Source of the DNA: Octopus bimaculoides
Taxonomy: Eukaryota
Assembly (NCBI RefSeq): GCF_001194135.2
Contig: NC_068995.1
Coordinates: 44,576,613 to 44,640,612, forward strand
Reading direction: 5' to 3'
DNA length: 64,000 nt
Below the pieces are notes generated by a model. That model made no database searches. It saw only the letters and a program-made list of their open reading frames with translations, and had not been told where the DNA came from. The position numbers were made by a program, and so were the translations under genes. Below, in pieces: positions 50,953 to 64,000 of this stretch. Every line of letters starts with the position of its first letter. Position 1 is the first letter of the stretch.

Positions 50953-51739
50953 GTACACGTATAATAATAATAGTAATAATAATAATAATAATATATTTAT
51001 AAGAAAATATATTAATATGTATATAAATATAGAGAGAGGAGGAGAAAGAGGGAAGATAGAGAGAGAGGAGAGGATAGATAGATAGATGACATCTAGCTGG
51101 CCGAAACTTCGAAGTCACTGTTAACACTATTCTTGCAATTGAATGAAAAATATGTACTCTGCAGAAAGTATTGACTAATCATTCAGTTTAATGTTAAGTA
51201 GTTTTATTATTAAGACCTGACATAAAAACAAGCAATATCTATATGCAGGTCAAACGAGTAGCCAATACTGCTAAGTACAATAGTAGACATGAAACCAATA
51301 GCAACCAGTTATATGACATAATCAAGGATATACTACTCGACCACATAAAGCGGTGTCGTTCTTTTTCGCCTACCTTTGACCAGAGTCACATCTGTCTGGG
51401 ATCCTCGCTCTGCCCCTTAGGACACTTTCCATTTCTCCTTTGCGTTACATATGGCCGTTTGACGGCCGAAGGACCTTTTTCTATTGTATATGTATAATTA
51501 TTCTTTTTCTGTTGTATTTGTATTAATATTATTTGTTTGCAGTATACGTACAATACTTATATTATTTTAGTTTGTCTTGTTTGTTTTTGTCCGTGTAGTA
51601 TACATTTGTTAGCTATTCCCAGAAACCTCCTGCTCTGGCGCTGCCCAAGACACAGTGGTATCAATGTTAAAAGTGCGAAACTGCTAAGATATCTTGGACA
51701 TTGACGGATGAGATAGTAGCCCAGTGTGCTACCATCTTA

Positions 51740-51769
51740 ATCTCGAGCAACGCCGGGTATATCTGCTAG
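51740..51769 (+). mobile_element. Probable Helitron 3' terminus
   Basis: CGAGCAACGCCGGGTA hairpin remnant followed after a short spacer by CTAG|T. Confidence 0.45.
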
Positions 51770-52434
51770 TGTGTGTGTGTGCGTGTGTGTGTGTGTATGT
51801 ATATATATATATAATATTAAAATTAATAATGATATGTACGAAAATTTATGTCAACACAACATTATCAAAATAATTCAAATTGGTTAAGTTCTAACGGAAC
51901 ATATAAAAAATTTTTTCGGTATGCTTAATAAATAACTAAAGAATTAAAACTACAGACGTAATGTTTAGTAGTAACTTATATACTTTACGTCACAATAATT
52001 AATTACCTAGTTATTTATTTAATATGATAAACCTTTGTGTAGGAATTAACCTTATTTTATAACAACTGAAGAATTATTATATTCAATAAAATATACAACG
52101 ACCGAGGATTTCAATGAATAATTAAAAAATAAAAATTACAGAAAAGACAATCAAATATCTATTTATTAATTATAATAAACCCTTATATAGGAATTAACCT
52201 TATTATATAATAATTGAAAAATTATTATAATTAATAATAATATATACAGTTATTGATGACTACACTAGATAACTATAGAATAAAAATAACAGATAAGCTA
52301 ATTAAATACCTATTTAATTATTATATTATACACTTTTATAAGAATTATGATTATTATATAATAATTGAAAAATTAAGTTTTTTTCCTATTATAATTTTTA
52401 TCCATAAATTTGTAGTTTTTTATTATTATTATTG

Positions 52435-52471
<37 letters not shown>

Positions 52472-52475
52472 CATT

Positions 52476-52510
<35 letters not shown>

Positions 52511-53329
52511 CTCTATCTAAATTTATTTTTATCGTTCCTGAAAGAATGAAACTAAAAAATTGTATTAGCATGATTTGATCTCGCAATGATATTTGATTAT
52601 AAACTGAGAAGTATTTAGTGCGGCACTCAGCTATGGTATCAATTTTCGAAAATTCATCAATAGGCGCAGTCGTAACTGAGTGGTAAGAAGCTTGCTTCTT
52701 AACCACATGGTTCTGAGTTCAGTCTCACTACGTGGCACCCTGGGCAAGTGTTTTCTGTTATAGCCTCGGGGCGACCAAAGCCTTGTGAACGGATTTGGAA
52801 GACGGAAACTGAAAGAAGCCTGTCATGTGTGTGTGTGTGTGTGTGTTCATGTCTGTGCTAGTCCATCACCACTGCTTGCAACCAATGTTGGTGTGTTTAC
52901 GTCCTTGTAACTTAGCAGTTCGTCAAAATAGAACGATATAATGAATACCAGGCTTAACACAAAAATAAGTATCTGGGTCGGTTCATTCGATTAACACATC
53001 TTCAAGGCGGTGCCCCAGCAAGGCCGCAGTTAAACGACTAAAACAAGTAGAAAATATTTTAATTAAATTTTAACTACAGTAGCTTGAAACTTTATCAGGG
53101 GGAATAACTCGTAAAATATTATTATTTGTAAGGGCGATAATCATGTTCCTTGATATTTAAATGCTGATTGAGAAAATGAGAATCTATTTGATATAATTTT
53201 TCCTAGGCTTTTATCGACTTCTTTTATCAACTTCCAGCCATATTTGGACACCGCTTTAAAGGGCTGTTGCTCGACTTAGGAATTATTTCAACTTACTACA
53301 TGTTTTTATCAAACTCTGTTGAATAGCAA

Positions 53330-53450
53330 CATTATTTATATTATTTACATTCGACGGATATTTGTCCTCATCTTGTTTGTTGTTAACACAACATTTCGGC
53401 TGATATACTCTCCAGCCTTCATCAGGTGTCTTGGAGAAATTTCGAACCTG
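53330..53450 (-). ncRNA. Minimal type I hammerhead ribozyme-like motif (Penelope type), 3' part of the 18904 element family
   Basis: Minus strand reads GACAC-CTGATGA-A-GGCTG-gagagtatat-CAGCC-GAAA-TG-TT-GTGTT; stems I and II are complementary. Confidence 0.7.
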
Positions 53451-53479
53451 TCAGAAAATTTCGATTTGTCAGAAATGTC

Positions 53480-54050
53480 CATGCTGACATTTTAAATCAA
53501 TAACAGTTTGCACAACGTCTCACCTACAAACCCAAGTAGTCCAGGAACAAGCACACGCAAGATGTCCGTGCTCCCAATTCAGATTTTGCTCTCTATTCTT
53601 CTGTAGACTTCCGTTCTGGTTTTATTAATCAGTAATTGGTCATTATAGCCATGTGAGCCTTCGCATCACCACTTCTGATCTTCCGAAAACAAGTTGTTTT
53701 GTTTTTGTTTTTGTTTTTGTTTTTGTTTTTTTCACAGTTGTGTAAGTTATAAGAAGCCAGGTTGTGGGTCTGTCGCTTCTTCAGGGATTACTGTTTCTTT
53801 AAACCTGGGGATTAAGATGTCTTTCCCCTGAATGATCCAATCAGATGTTGTCTCTGGTTCTGTCTATAACTTATTAAAACTTCTCCGATGGCACTTTATA
53901 ATATTACTGTTAAACATTTTAACGAGAAATTTGGAGTCTTAGCATATTCAGGCATCTTCAAACTTTTCTTCGAAATCAAAAAGTCCTTTGTAAAATCGTT
54001 GTCGGTTTTTATACTAACAGATCCTTCACGATTTTGCAAAGATCTTTTGT
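53480..54050 (-). mobile_element. R4/Dong-type RT N-terminal and 3' end fragments
   Basis: DWIIQGKDILIPR.K.T..P motif; IGSTDILRVL 3' motif. Confidence 0.5.
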
Positions 54051-54697
54051 TTGAAGTGTTCTTTGACTCCGTTTACTTTTGTTTTCTTAATTCTCTGCTG
54101 TATATTTTCCTTCTCTTTTTTTTTTTTTTAGTTCTATAATTTTAGTATTGATTTTATTAAGAATTGAAATATTTTACAACCATTTTCTATATATTTCTTA
54201 TCCTCATTGCTTGTTTTTGACATTTCTATTTGAGTAGATCTGAAGGAGAACCCGTTTACCTTTCTAACTACAATGACTGCCGCATAAATTATTTTGTTTG
54301 ACCTGATGTTATTAATGTTTGTGTTTGTTTTAATTAAGTCTGTGACGGTAGCTTTGCGGATTTTTTTCTATGTTTTCACTATTTTGTTAATGCATAGAAA
54401 CTTCTATTGTTTACAATTCTTGAATTATTTTCAACTTTACACTGCCATAATGATGATTTCCACATTTAGAATTTCCTATTCTTAGATCTTCCTTATATTC
54501 ATTTTTTATTTATATATTTTTGTATGTGTCGGCCTTGTTTGGTTTTTGTTAGTCTTTTTTTTTTTTTGTGTGTGTGGCTGATCTCGAGCTGGATGTGTTT
54601 TTGTCGGTTATTTTACTTGTTTTGCACCTGTTAGTTCTATACTCGTCCTTTATGTTCTCAGCGTTGGTTGCTTTTATATTCGTAAATTGTGTTTTTG

Positions 54698-54755
<58 letters not shown>

Positions 54756-54912
54756 ATTCTTCTTCTTCTTCTTCCGTTATTACTACTGCTGCTGCGACTG
54801 CGATTGCTGCTACTGCGGCTACTGCTGCTGCTGCCGATGATGATGATGATGCTGATGATGACGACGGCGGCGGCGGCGGTGGTGGTGGTGGTCGTCGTCG
54901 TCGTCGTAGTCG
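54698..54912. repeat. Compound trinucleotide microsatellite (CAT, CTT, TAC, TGC, GAT, GAC, GGC, GGT, CGT blocks)
   Basis: Directly visible. Confidence 0.95.
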
Positions 54913-55199
54913 TGACTTTTAATACTGGCAGAACTGTTAGCGCGTCGGAATAAAATGACATGTGGTATTTCTTTTCAGCTCTTTACCTACTTAACTAATT
55001 TAAAATCCCGCCGAGGCCAACTTTACTTTTCCTTCTTTCGACATTGATAAAAACAAAGAGCCAGTCAAGTACTGGAGTCGATAGTATCAACTAGGCCCCC
55101 TCCCCTCAAAACTGTTGGCGTTGTTCTGAAATTAGAAACAATGACTATTATTTGAAAAAAAAAGAAACACAGAAAGAGCTGACTGAAAGAGTTACACAC

Positions 55200-55455
55200 T
55201 GACGGCGGTACATTGTGACACTGAGGAACTGCGGCACAGAGACACTAAGAACCTACTTCCCCGCAGTACAATGGCACGGTGACACTGCTGCACTTGACAG
55301 TACAACACTCTGGTGCTATGTGACTAACTACGGCACTACAACGTAACGACACCACGGTAGTATGGCACAATGGCATCACGGCACATTACGCTACAGTGAC
55401 ATCATGGCACAGTGACATCATGGCACAGTGACATCATGGCACAGTGACACCCTGG
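55200..55455. repeat. 16-bp minisatellite AGTGACATCATGGCAC (3 perfect units plus degenerate flanks)
   Basis: Perfect units at ~55395-55445. Confidence 0.8.
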
Positions 55456-55619
55456 CCTTGTAGCTTTTACGTTAGCGAGTTCTTACATCCCTTATAAAAC
55501 CATATAAAGGAAGAAAATGTAAGACGTGTCTTTGTCATTCCTCTGCTAGAGGTTCATCATTCTGCTAGGGGTCGCCATCAGTCAAGACTTAATATGTATA
55601 TGAAATTATATGTGCAAGT

Positions 55620-56505
55620 CTGGACAAGATTCTTTGAGAAAGACTGTTAGCTGTTCTTTCACGCAAGTTTCTCCTCTCCATGCTATCGATGTTTGTTCAT
55701 TGGAAGGGTCATCACTTTGGCTAATTATTTACCGGTAGTTTTGTCGTTGCACCGGATTGTTATCAGAATTTAGCTGGGAAAGACACCAAGAAATATCTCA
55801 GAATGAGACAATGGAGCGCGGCAGTTTCGGTGCTGAAGATTTAGCACGGCTGCCCAGACATTGAACCTGCTTTGGCAGCTGTATTTTTTGGCGCCTTTCC
55901 CTACCCACTGTGTTCGGCGCTTGACATCTTTATAGAGAACCCATTTCTCGTCAACAGTCACTGTTCGGTCCAAAAAAGGTTCATTCGTGAGACGTGACAG
56001 CAAAGAAGAGCACACATTCACTCTCTGTGCACGACTAGACTTGGAAAGTTTGTGAGGAACCCACTGACCCAATTTGCTGACTTCCGATGGTACGCAGGTG
56101 TCGATGAATGGTTGAATGACCAAATCCAAGATTTTCTGCTAGTTCCTCAACAAATACGACCGGATTTTGCTCCACCAAGGTGTGCAGGACGTCTTCGTCG
56201 AGCTCTACCGATCTTCCAGAACGAAGCTCATCTTCTCAGCTGTAGTTTCCGACTCTAAATTTCTGTGTCCAGTCCCCATATACTGCAAAATATGCCGAAT
56301 ATGCTCCTTTGTCACTTCCATTATAGCATTGAAAAAATAACTGTTAAAATCGAACTGCACTCTTCAAAACTTGCATTAAGAATAAGGAGGAGATAAAATT
56401 ACTACCAGCTTTTATAGTAAGATGGTGCAGGTAGTTTATTTCATTTCCCTCTGACTTTTAGTTCATGCAATTGAAAAACCGCATTATTTATGGGATGACC
56501 CAATA
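55620..56505 (-). mobile_element. Decayed mariner (DD34D-type) transposase copy with 5' TIR
   Basis: MEVTKEHIRHILQY start at 56321, WVPHKL, FLDRTVTVDEKWVLY motifs; TIR TTGGGTCATCCCATAAATAATGCGGTTTTT at ~56474-56503; frameshifts and deletion. Confidence 0.88.
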
Positions 56506-56544
56506 TTTATACCTGCTTCAAGTACGACATGCAGATTGATATAT

Positions 56545-58380
<1,836 letters not shown>

Positions 58381-58539
58381 TAAGTATGTGTACGTCGAGC
58401 CTATTTTTACTTAGAAGGCTGAGCGCTTGGGAAACCGAGGAGCTGTCAGCAAAACCTTTAGTTACAGGCGACAAAAATTGGAAAAAGATATTGGTGAGCA
58501 ATCGCTTGCTCTACTGCTCCAAACTATGGTCACTACTGT

Positions 58540-59010
58540 GTAAAATTAACGGCTGGACTCAAATTAATTCAGTGAAGTAACCTCCAAAAGATCGTCTCAA
58601 TGCGAGAGGTCAGCTGCAGGGAAAGGCTAAAAAAGTTAAGAAAGTTAAGGCGGGAAAATATGCAATGACGAAAGTTTAGGTGGGAAAATATGCAATGACA
58701 GACATCTGGAAAATCCTGGAGGGACTTGTGCCAAATTTTGGTATTGAAAATTGCACAAACTCCAGAATGGATTGCGACTGCGTAGTCTCAAAGATCCGAA
58801 GATCGCCACGAAGACACTGGACCAGATACTGCAAGAGCTTGGGTTTCAAGAGACCGCAGCTCTTCAGTGTCCTCTTCAAAACCCTTAGAGACCTACACAG
58901 GATGCCTGCAAGAGTCTTCAAAACTAAACCGGATCTCCTGCTGTCAAGAGTTCCGGGTGAATCTACCTTGCGGCAGGAAATGCAGATGAGGGCAGCAAAT
59001 GCGGATGGTA
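58540..59010 (+). mobile_element. CR1/L2-type LINE 3' fragment
   Basis: IWKILEGLVPNFGI...SLGFKRPQLF.VL.K.LRDL....VFKTK.DL.LS.VP motif. Confidence 0.75.
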
Positions 59011-59401
59011 CTCGTAAAATGTCTGCAGCTCTCGAGCTGAAACTAGTAAAAGAATTAAAAAATAAAAGAATGTGTGCGCGCGTGCGCCGGTGCTTAGATT
59101 CTCCAGGTGGTCAATTAAACATTTTACAAACGAAAACAAGTGTAAGAATAATTATTCGTATAAATGTGAATTTATAGTCAGAGTAGAGAGAGAATTTGTA
59201 GGTTTCGAAACAGTTGTCTATAGACATTCTCCTTGCGCTGACTTTGAAAGAAATGTTCACAGCTGCAGACAACGTTGGATTAGCCATTGAGCAAAATAAG
59301 CACGTGCTTAAGACATCAAAGGGAGGTGGGGAAAACTACAAAAATAGTAAATAGCTTACGGCACAAAAGAAATCACTTTAAACCTTGCTAAAATAATACT
59401 C

Positions 59402-59450
<49 letters not shown>

Positions 59451-60419
59451 GTAGGTAGATAGAAAAGAAAGATCTACACGCACACGCGCACACACATATA
59501 CTCCCACGTATGCACACATATACAAACGTAGCCTTTAAGAGATAACACTAATTTGAAATTGCTTCGTCAGCCACAATTGGTTGGCAATTCCAGCCTTTGT
59601 TTTAGATCTTTTCCTTTGGGAAGTCATTTTCCTTTCCTGTTAAGCTGCAAATTTTGTAGCGCTGCCACCTTTTATTGTAAAAAGACATTAAAACAGACGA
59701 ACCTTTAAATCTTGCTATTTGATAAAGTTGACAGTTTCAATGAAACGAACGTTTGAATGGTCGTCTGCTTAAGATGGCAAAGATTAGTCGGTGTTGTAGA
59801 TATTTTGCATTCTCCTTTCTCTATGATTTTCTGATCCTTTGAACAGAGCTATTTTGATTAGCAAGCATCGGAGCGACAGCTCCGGAACAAACACCGTACA
59901 TCATTTCTCAAGTTATTCTATCTTCTGGAACAGCATTTATTGACCATGTTGAGCAGTTGAATAGTTTCAATGTAAGATGGCGGAGACGGCATGCCAGATT
60001 ATATGTTTTCTTCTGTTTTACATTCTAGAAGTATTTGACAAAGCAAACAAATTGCACAATACTAATGACAACTGCTCTGTTATACACTTACTGTGCAAAT
60101 AATTTATCTCTACTCCATACAATTCAATCAGTACTTCATGATATACTTAGTCATATATTTTCCTTTATAGAACTGACAATAGAAATAAAAAGAAAATTGA
60201 TAGCTTTTCACAAGAACAATGTTTATTACAAAGACTATGACAAATTTCGCTCTAAAATAACAGCATCAGAAAACATTGCAAGTTAAATTACCATTTATCA
60301 TAAGTTTGCAACAAAACAATAGGGAGAAGCATAAATCTTTGGTTTTCAGTCAAATGTAGGAAGGCATAGACCAGTAGAAAAGCCTAAGAAATAATTTATT
60401 TGTCATCTCTGATATATGA

Positions 60420-61300
60420 CGTCTAAAAGACAATTTAATTGATTTCCTCTGAATATACGAAGACTATGTGAGAGGTCAGTAGGTCACCTGTAAATATATG
60501 AAGTCTAAGAGACAGTCTAATTGATCCTGGTACGCATTCCAATGTGTACGGTGAGCTACTGGTGCCAAACGTATTTCTTTGTCGTGTGGTAATAGGTAAT
60601 GCTGTGTATATTCTAGATGTACGTTTGTGTCTCATTCGTATTGTGATAAGTGAACACGTGATGACAAAATAATCTCAAACTTTTGAGCTGAACATTTCAA
60701 CAGCCTCCACACAGCCAACATCTACCTCTGATCTCTGCCATTTTCATCGCTCCACGTTCCCAAAGCAAGCGTGGCCATCAGCATCTTCAGTTCTCTGGGA
60801 ATTTGACATTACCCTCTGATAAATGCCTGATGACTCTGATTTTATTTTTACTGAATTGAACAAACAAGAGAACATCCTTGGAAGTTCATCTTCATCAAAT
60901 GATTCTATGAATATGAGACCGAAAATATATCCCTAACGAATCTAATGATTTCGATATTGTGACCATCTTCCTATTAGATCTCTATGGGGTTTATAGAAAC
61001 TACAGTGAGATTTTTTATTATCATCAACTGGTAAAACCTTGTCTCGAATACAGTTGCTTCGACTCAATCAAATTATCTGAACAAATCCTGCCGGAGTCCT
61101 AATGCTATTTCCATAGCGTGACGCAAATCACATGAATGTTACTGCCAGACAACTTCAAGAAAAGACAGCAGAACAACAGAACCTGATTCTTTTAATCTTT
61201 TATGATTTGATTTAAAAGTCTTTGACAAAGTGTTGAGATTGTTCTTATGGAAATTTCTCCAGGAATCTTCAGAAATTTTCTTATACCCAGACCTTTTTAA
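60420..61300 (-). mobile_element. Heavily decayed APE endonuclease region of a LINE
   Basis: Frameshifted remnants IRT.STLC..LNQI, CCL/EVVW, G..ENG, H.TKKYVW, QLDCLL, TSH.V match the order of APE motifs. Confidence 0.5.
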
Positions 61301-61479
61301 CCAACTTTTTCAGTCATTTCACAATAATGTACAATGTCCAGTGTCACAACAAAGTGAACTTTCTCCTGAATTCGATGTTAGTGGTGATATTGTGGTATTA
61401 AAAAAGATTATATACTTGCATAAACCTGTTTTTAATCTATATAGACAAGTTGATGATAATCAATTATGAATTATAGCTT

Positions 61480-62660
61480 GGAATTATTATTACTACAATG
61501 GAGGACTTTTCAGCTTACGACGACTTAACTTTATATCTTATAAAATCTTTATATCTACGGTTATGACCTGTAAGTTCAAATATTCCGACGACATGGTTGT
61601 ACCATCATTAACTCAAAATCGGATTTCAACAATTCACTTTCGATGCGTTCGTCCGCCATTTACGAGATGTTTAATCTCACTGTTAGCACACACCAAAGAC
61701 GAAGGCTCTCATTCTATATCTACTCAAAACAGAATGAAAATCTCTTAAAATTATTATCCATTCGATGAGGTTTCATCATTCACATATTTGTGGGCTATTT
61801 TGTCCTCTTTCTCTACTTTTGAATGATTTTCAACAAATAACTTTTCATACTTCATTGTTTTGTTCTAAATGTCTGTTCCATATTCTATCACTCATGTTTC
61901 TATTCCCTAAGTTATTTCTGGTATAATACGTAAGTCAAATACTCTGTTATTCAGGATAATAATACGATGGCACTTAATTTTCTAAAAACACACCATTCAT
62001 CTTGGATTTGACTTCCTCTCAATGACTATATTCCACTTTTATCATCTCCCCAAGTTAAAATATAATTTCAGTCGCTATAGTATCATGGCTGATTTTGATG
62101 ACTTCACTCGTTACATGCTTGTTGATTTTGACTGGTGTTTTCTTCACATACATTTTTAGTTCCACCTTGTTGCTTCCACTGTACAGTTCATTTAATATTT
62201 GTTCCAGTTCGTGAATATCAGTTGAGAAGAGGACGATATCGTCAACTAAGCGGAAATGACTTCAAAATTCACCAGTTTTGCATTTTTCATCCCAGTTAAT
62301 CTTTTCAAAGATTAACTGTCGTTCAGTGCAACATGAAAGAGCTTGATTGATATTACATCCACTTGTCTAACACCTATTTCAATACTGATGTATTCGTATT
62401 TAATGTGAAATATTAGAGATGATGTTTTCTGATTGTAGATTATTTTTTTAATTCTCTATATAAGTTTGATGTATTCCCTATTTAGTAAGAACTTAGATCA
62501 CAGCCGTGATTTCAATGTTATGGAATGTTTACTTATAAACTATAAAACCGAACCAATATGTTTCAGAATGACTTGGTTCAACCCCCTGCAAGTGGTCGAT
62601 TGTTGAAAATCCACTTAACTCTACTTGCTTCTTGTTTGATTGGAATCTAAGACGGTATTG
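61480..62660 (-). mobile_element. Decayed RTE-clade LINE reverse transcriptase and 3' end
   Basis: HFRLVDDIVLFSTDIHELEQILNEL..S.KVELKM (cf. HLRFADDIVL); (TAA)-like tail near 61485. Confidence 0.75.
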
Positions 62661-63529
62661 CTGCAATTTGCGACCAGTTTGGTGAATAACATTGTATAAC
62701 AAAATTTTAATTTTTTTTTTTTTGCCTTCGGTCAGTAAGTGTCATTTCCTATTTGCTTCTATCTAGAAATCAAAGGAAATTACTACTATTCGCTCCTTTT
62801 GTAACCTGGACATCAATGTTTTAAAACTAACCTGTTTTCCATTACATTTTCCATTACGAGCAGAAATATCGTTATAGCAAATATTCTGCTCAATACCACA
62901 GATTTGCTTGTCAGTTGCTTGACCTTAACCATATTAGCATGTCCCGTTTATGGCGAATTTTCCGGACACTCTCACGGGTACCCACAATCCCCCCCCTCAT
63001 CCCATCCTACAGGCACAACACGGGTGCTCCACAGGGTTCCTTCTTACCTATCTATTAATAAGGATCGTATTACATCTCAAAATCATAATCCGGTTTCAGT
63101 TCCAAGTTAGGATATTCATTTCTTCTGAGAAATTTATAAAAACCACAACAACCCATTTTGACTCTCCTACATAAATATGTATGTGATAAATAATAAACAC
63201 AATTGGTTACAAATTAGGGCACAAGGCCAGCAATTTCTGTGGAGGGAGCTAGTCGATTACATCGACTCCAATACTCAACTGGTACTTATTTTATCCACCC
63301 CGAAAGGATGAAAGGCTAAGACGACCTACGCAGAATTTGAAGTCAGAACGTAAAGATGGACGAAATTTCGATAAGCATTTTGCTCGGCGAGCTAATGCTT
63401 CTGCTAGCTCGCCGCCTTTTACCGTTCGTATAAATGTTAACCGCATTTAATAACCAATTGATAATAGTTTTACTTCACATTTATTACATAATGAAAGCCT
63501 GTAATCGATACATAACGTCGTGCTGATAG

Positions 63530-63665
63530 CGTGTTTATATCACGACAATATCATAGTGATATCGTGGTGATTGTGCATTGATACTGCGATGATAACGGGT
63601 GATATCATGGTGATATCGTGTTGGTATCGTGCTAATAGCGTACTAGTAGTGCGGTGATATCCATT
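63530..63665. repeat. Degenerate ~11-bp minisatellite (GTGATATCGTG-like)
   Basis: Repeated gtgatatc/gtgatatcgtg units. Confidence 0.65.
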
Positions 63666-64000
63666 ATGGATATTCTAAGAATGTATTAAGTTGAATATAT
63701 TATACCATCATGGTATCTGTTGCACTGTCAGGTACACACTTACACATACGAACACACACTTATATACACACATGCACAGATATATACATACATACACACA
63801 TGCATATTCATAGTTAAATACACCAACACACGTACAGATACAATGCAAACATCCACGCACATATATGGAGACATACCTATACATACATGCATACATACAT
63901 ACATACATACATACATACAATTATATACTTGTGTATATTACATAGAGATACATACACTTATATACTTGTGTATATATATAATCTATATATATATATATAT

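Noticed and set aside
59590-59680. CTCF-like motif GCGCTGCCACCT
   Set aside because: A single short motif match; not supportable without binding data.

Overview
AT-rich, repeat-dense, gapped (many N runs) eukaryotic scaffold. SINE families, microsatellite load and protein sequences suggest a cephalopod (octopus-type) draft genome; this is inference. Four minus-strand protein-coding genes were reconstructed by hand from splice sites: FAM172A/ARB2A (8 coding exons, continuing past the left edge), a complete 4-exon NDUFA13/GRIM-19 (151 aa), two large exons of a divergent tandem macrodomain gene, and a single-coding-exon ZIP (SLC39 subfamily II) transporter with a very long cytosolic loop. The rest is mobile DNA: four SINE-like families, MITEs, mariner remnants, decayed RTE, CR1/L2-type and R4/Dong-type LINEs, and a Penelope-like (GIY-YIG) element. 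The most unusual signals are: (i) six hammerhead-ribozyme-like cores in four sequence families, including a tRNA-headed SINE-like element with a Penelope-type hammerhead tail; (ii) a MITE with an 8-bp TSD built around a telomeric-repeat palindrome; (iii) a pre-miRNA-like hairpin next to a 450-bp foldback just upstream of FAM172A. Most ORF-track entries are microsatellite or N-gap artefacts. Novelty could not be checked against databases.
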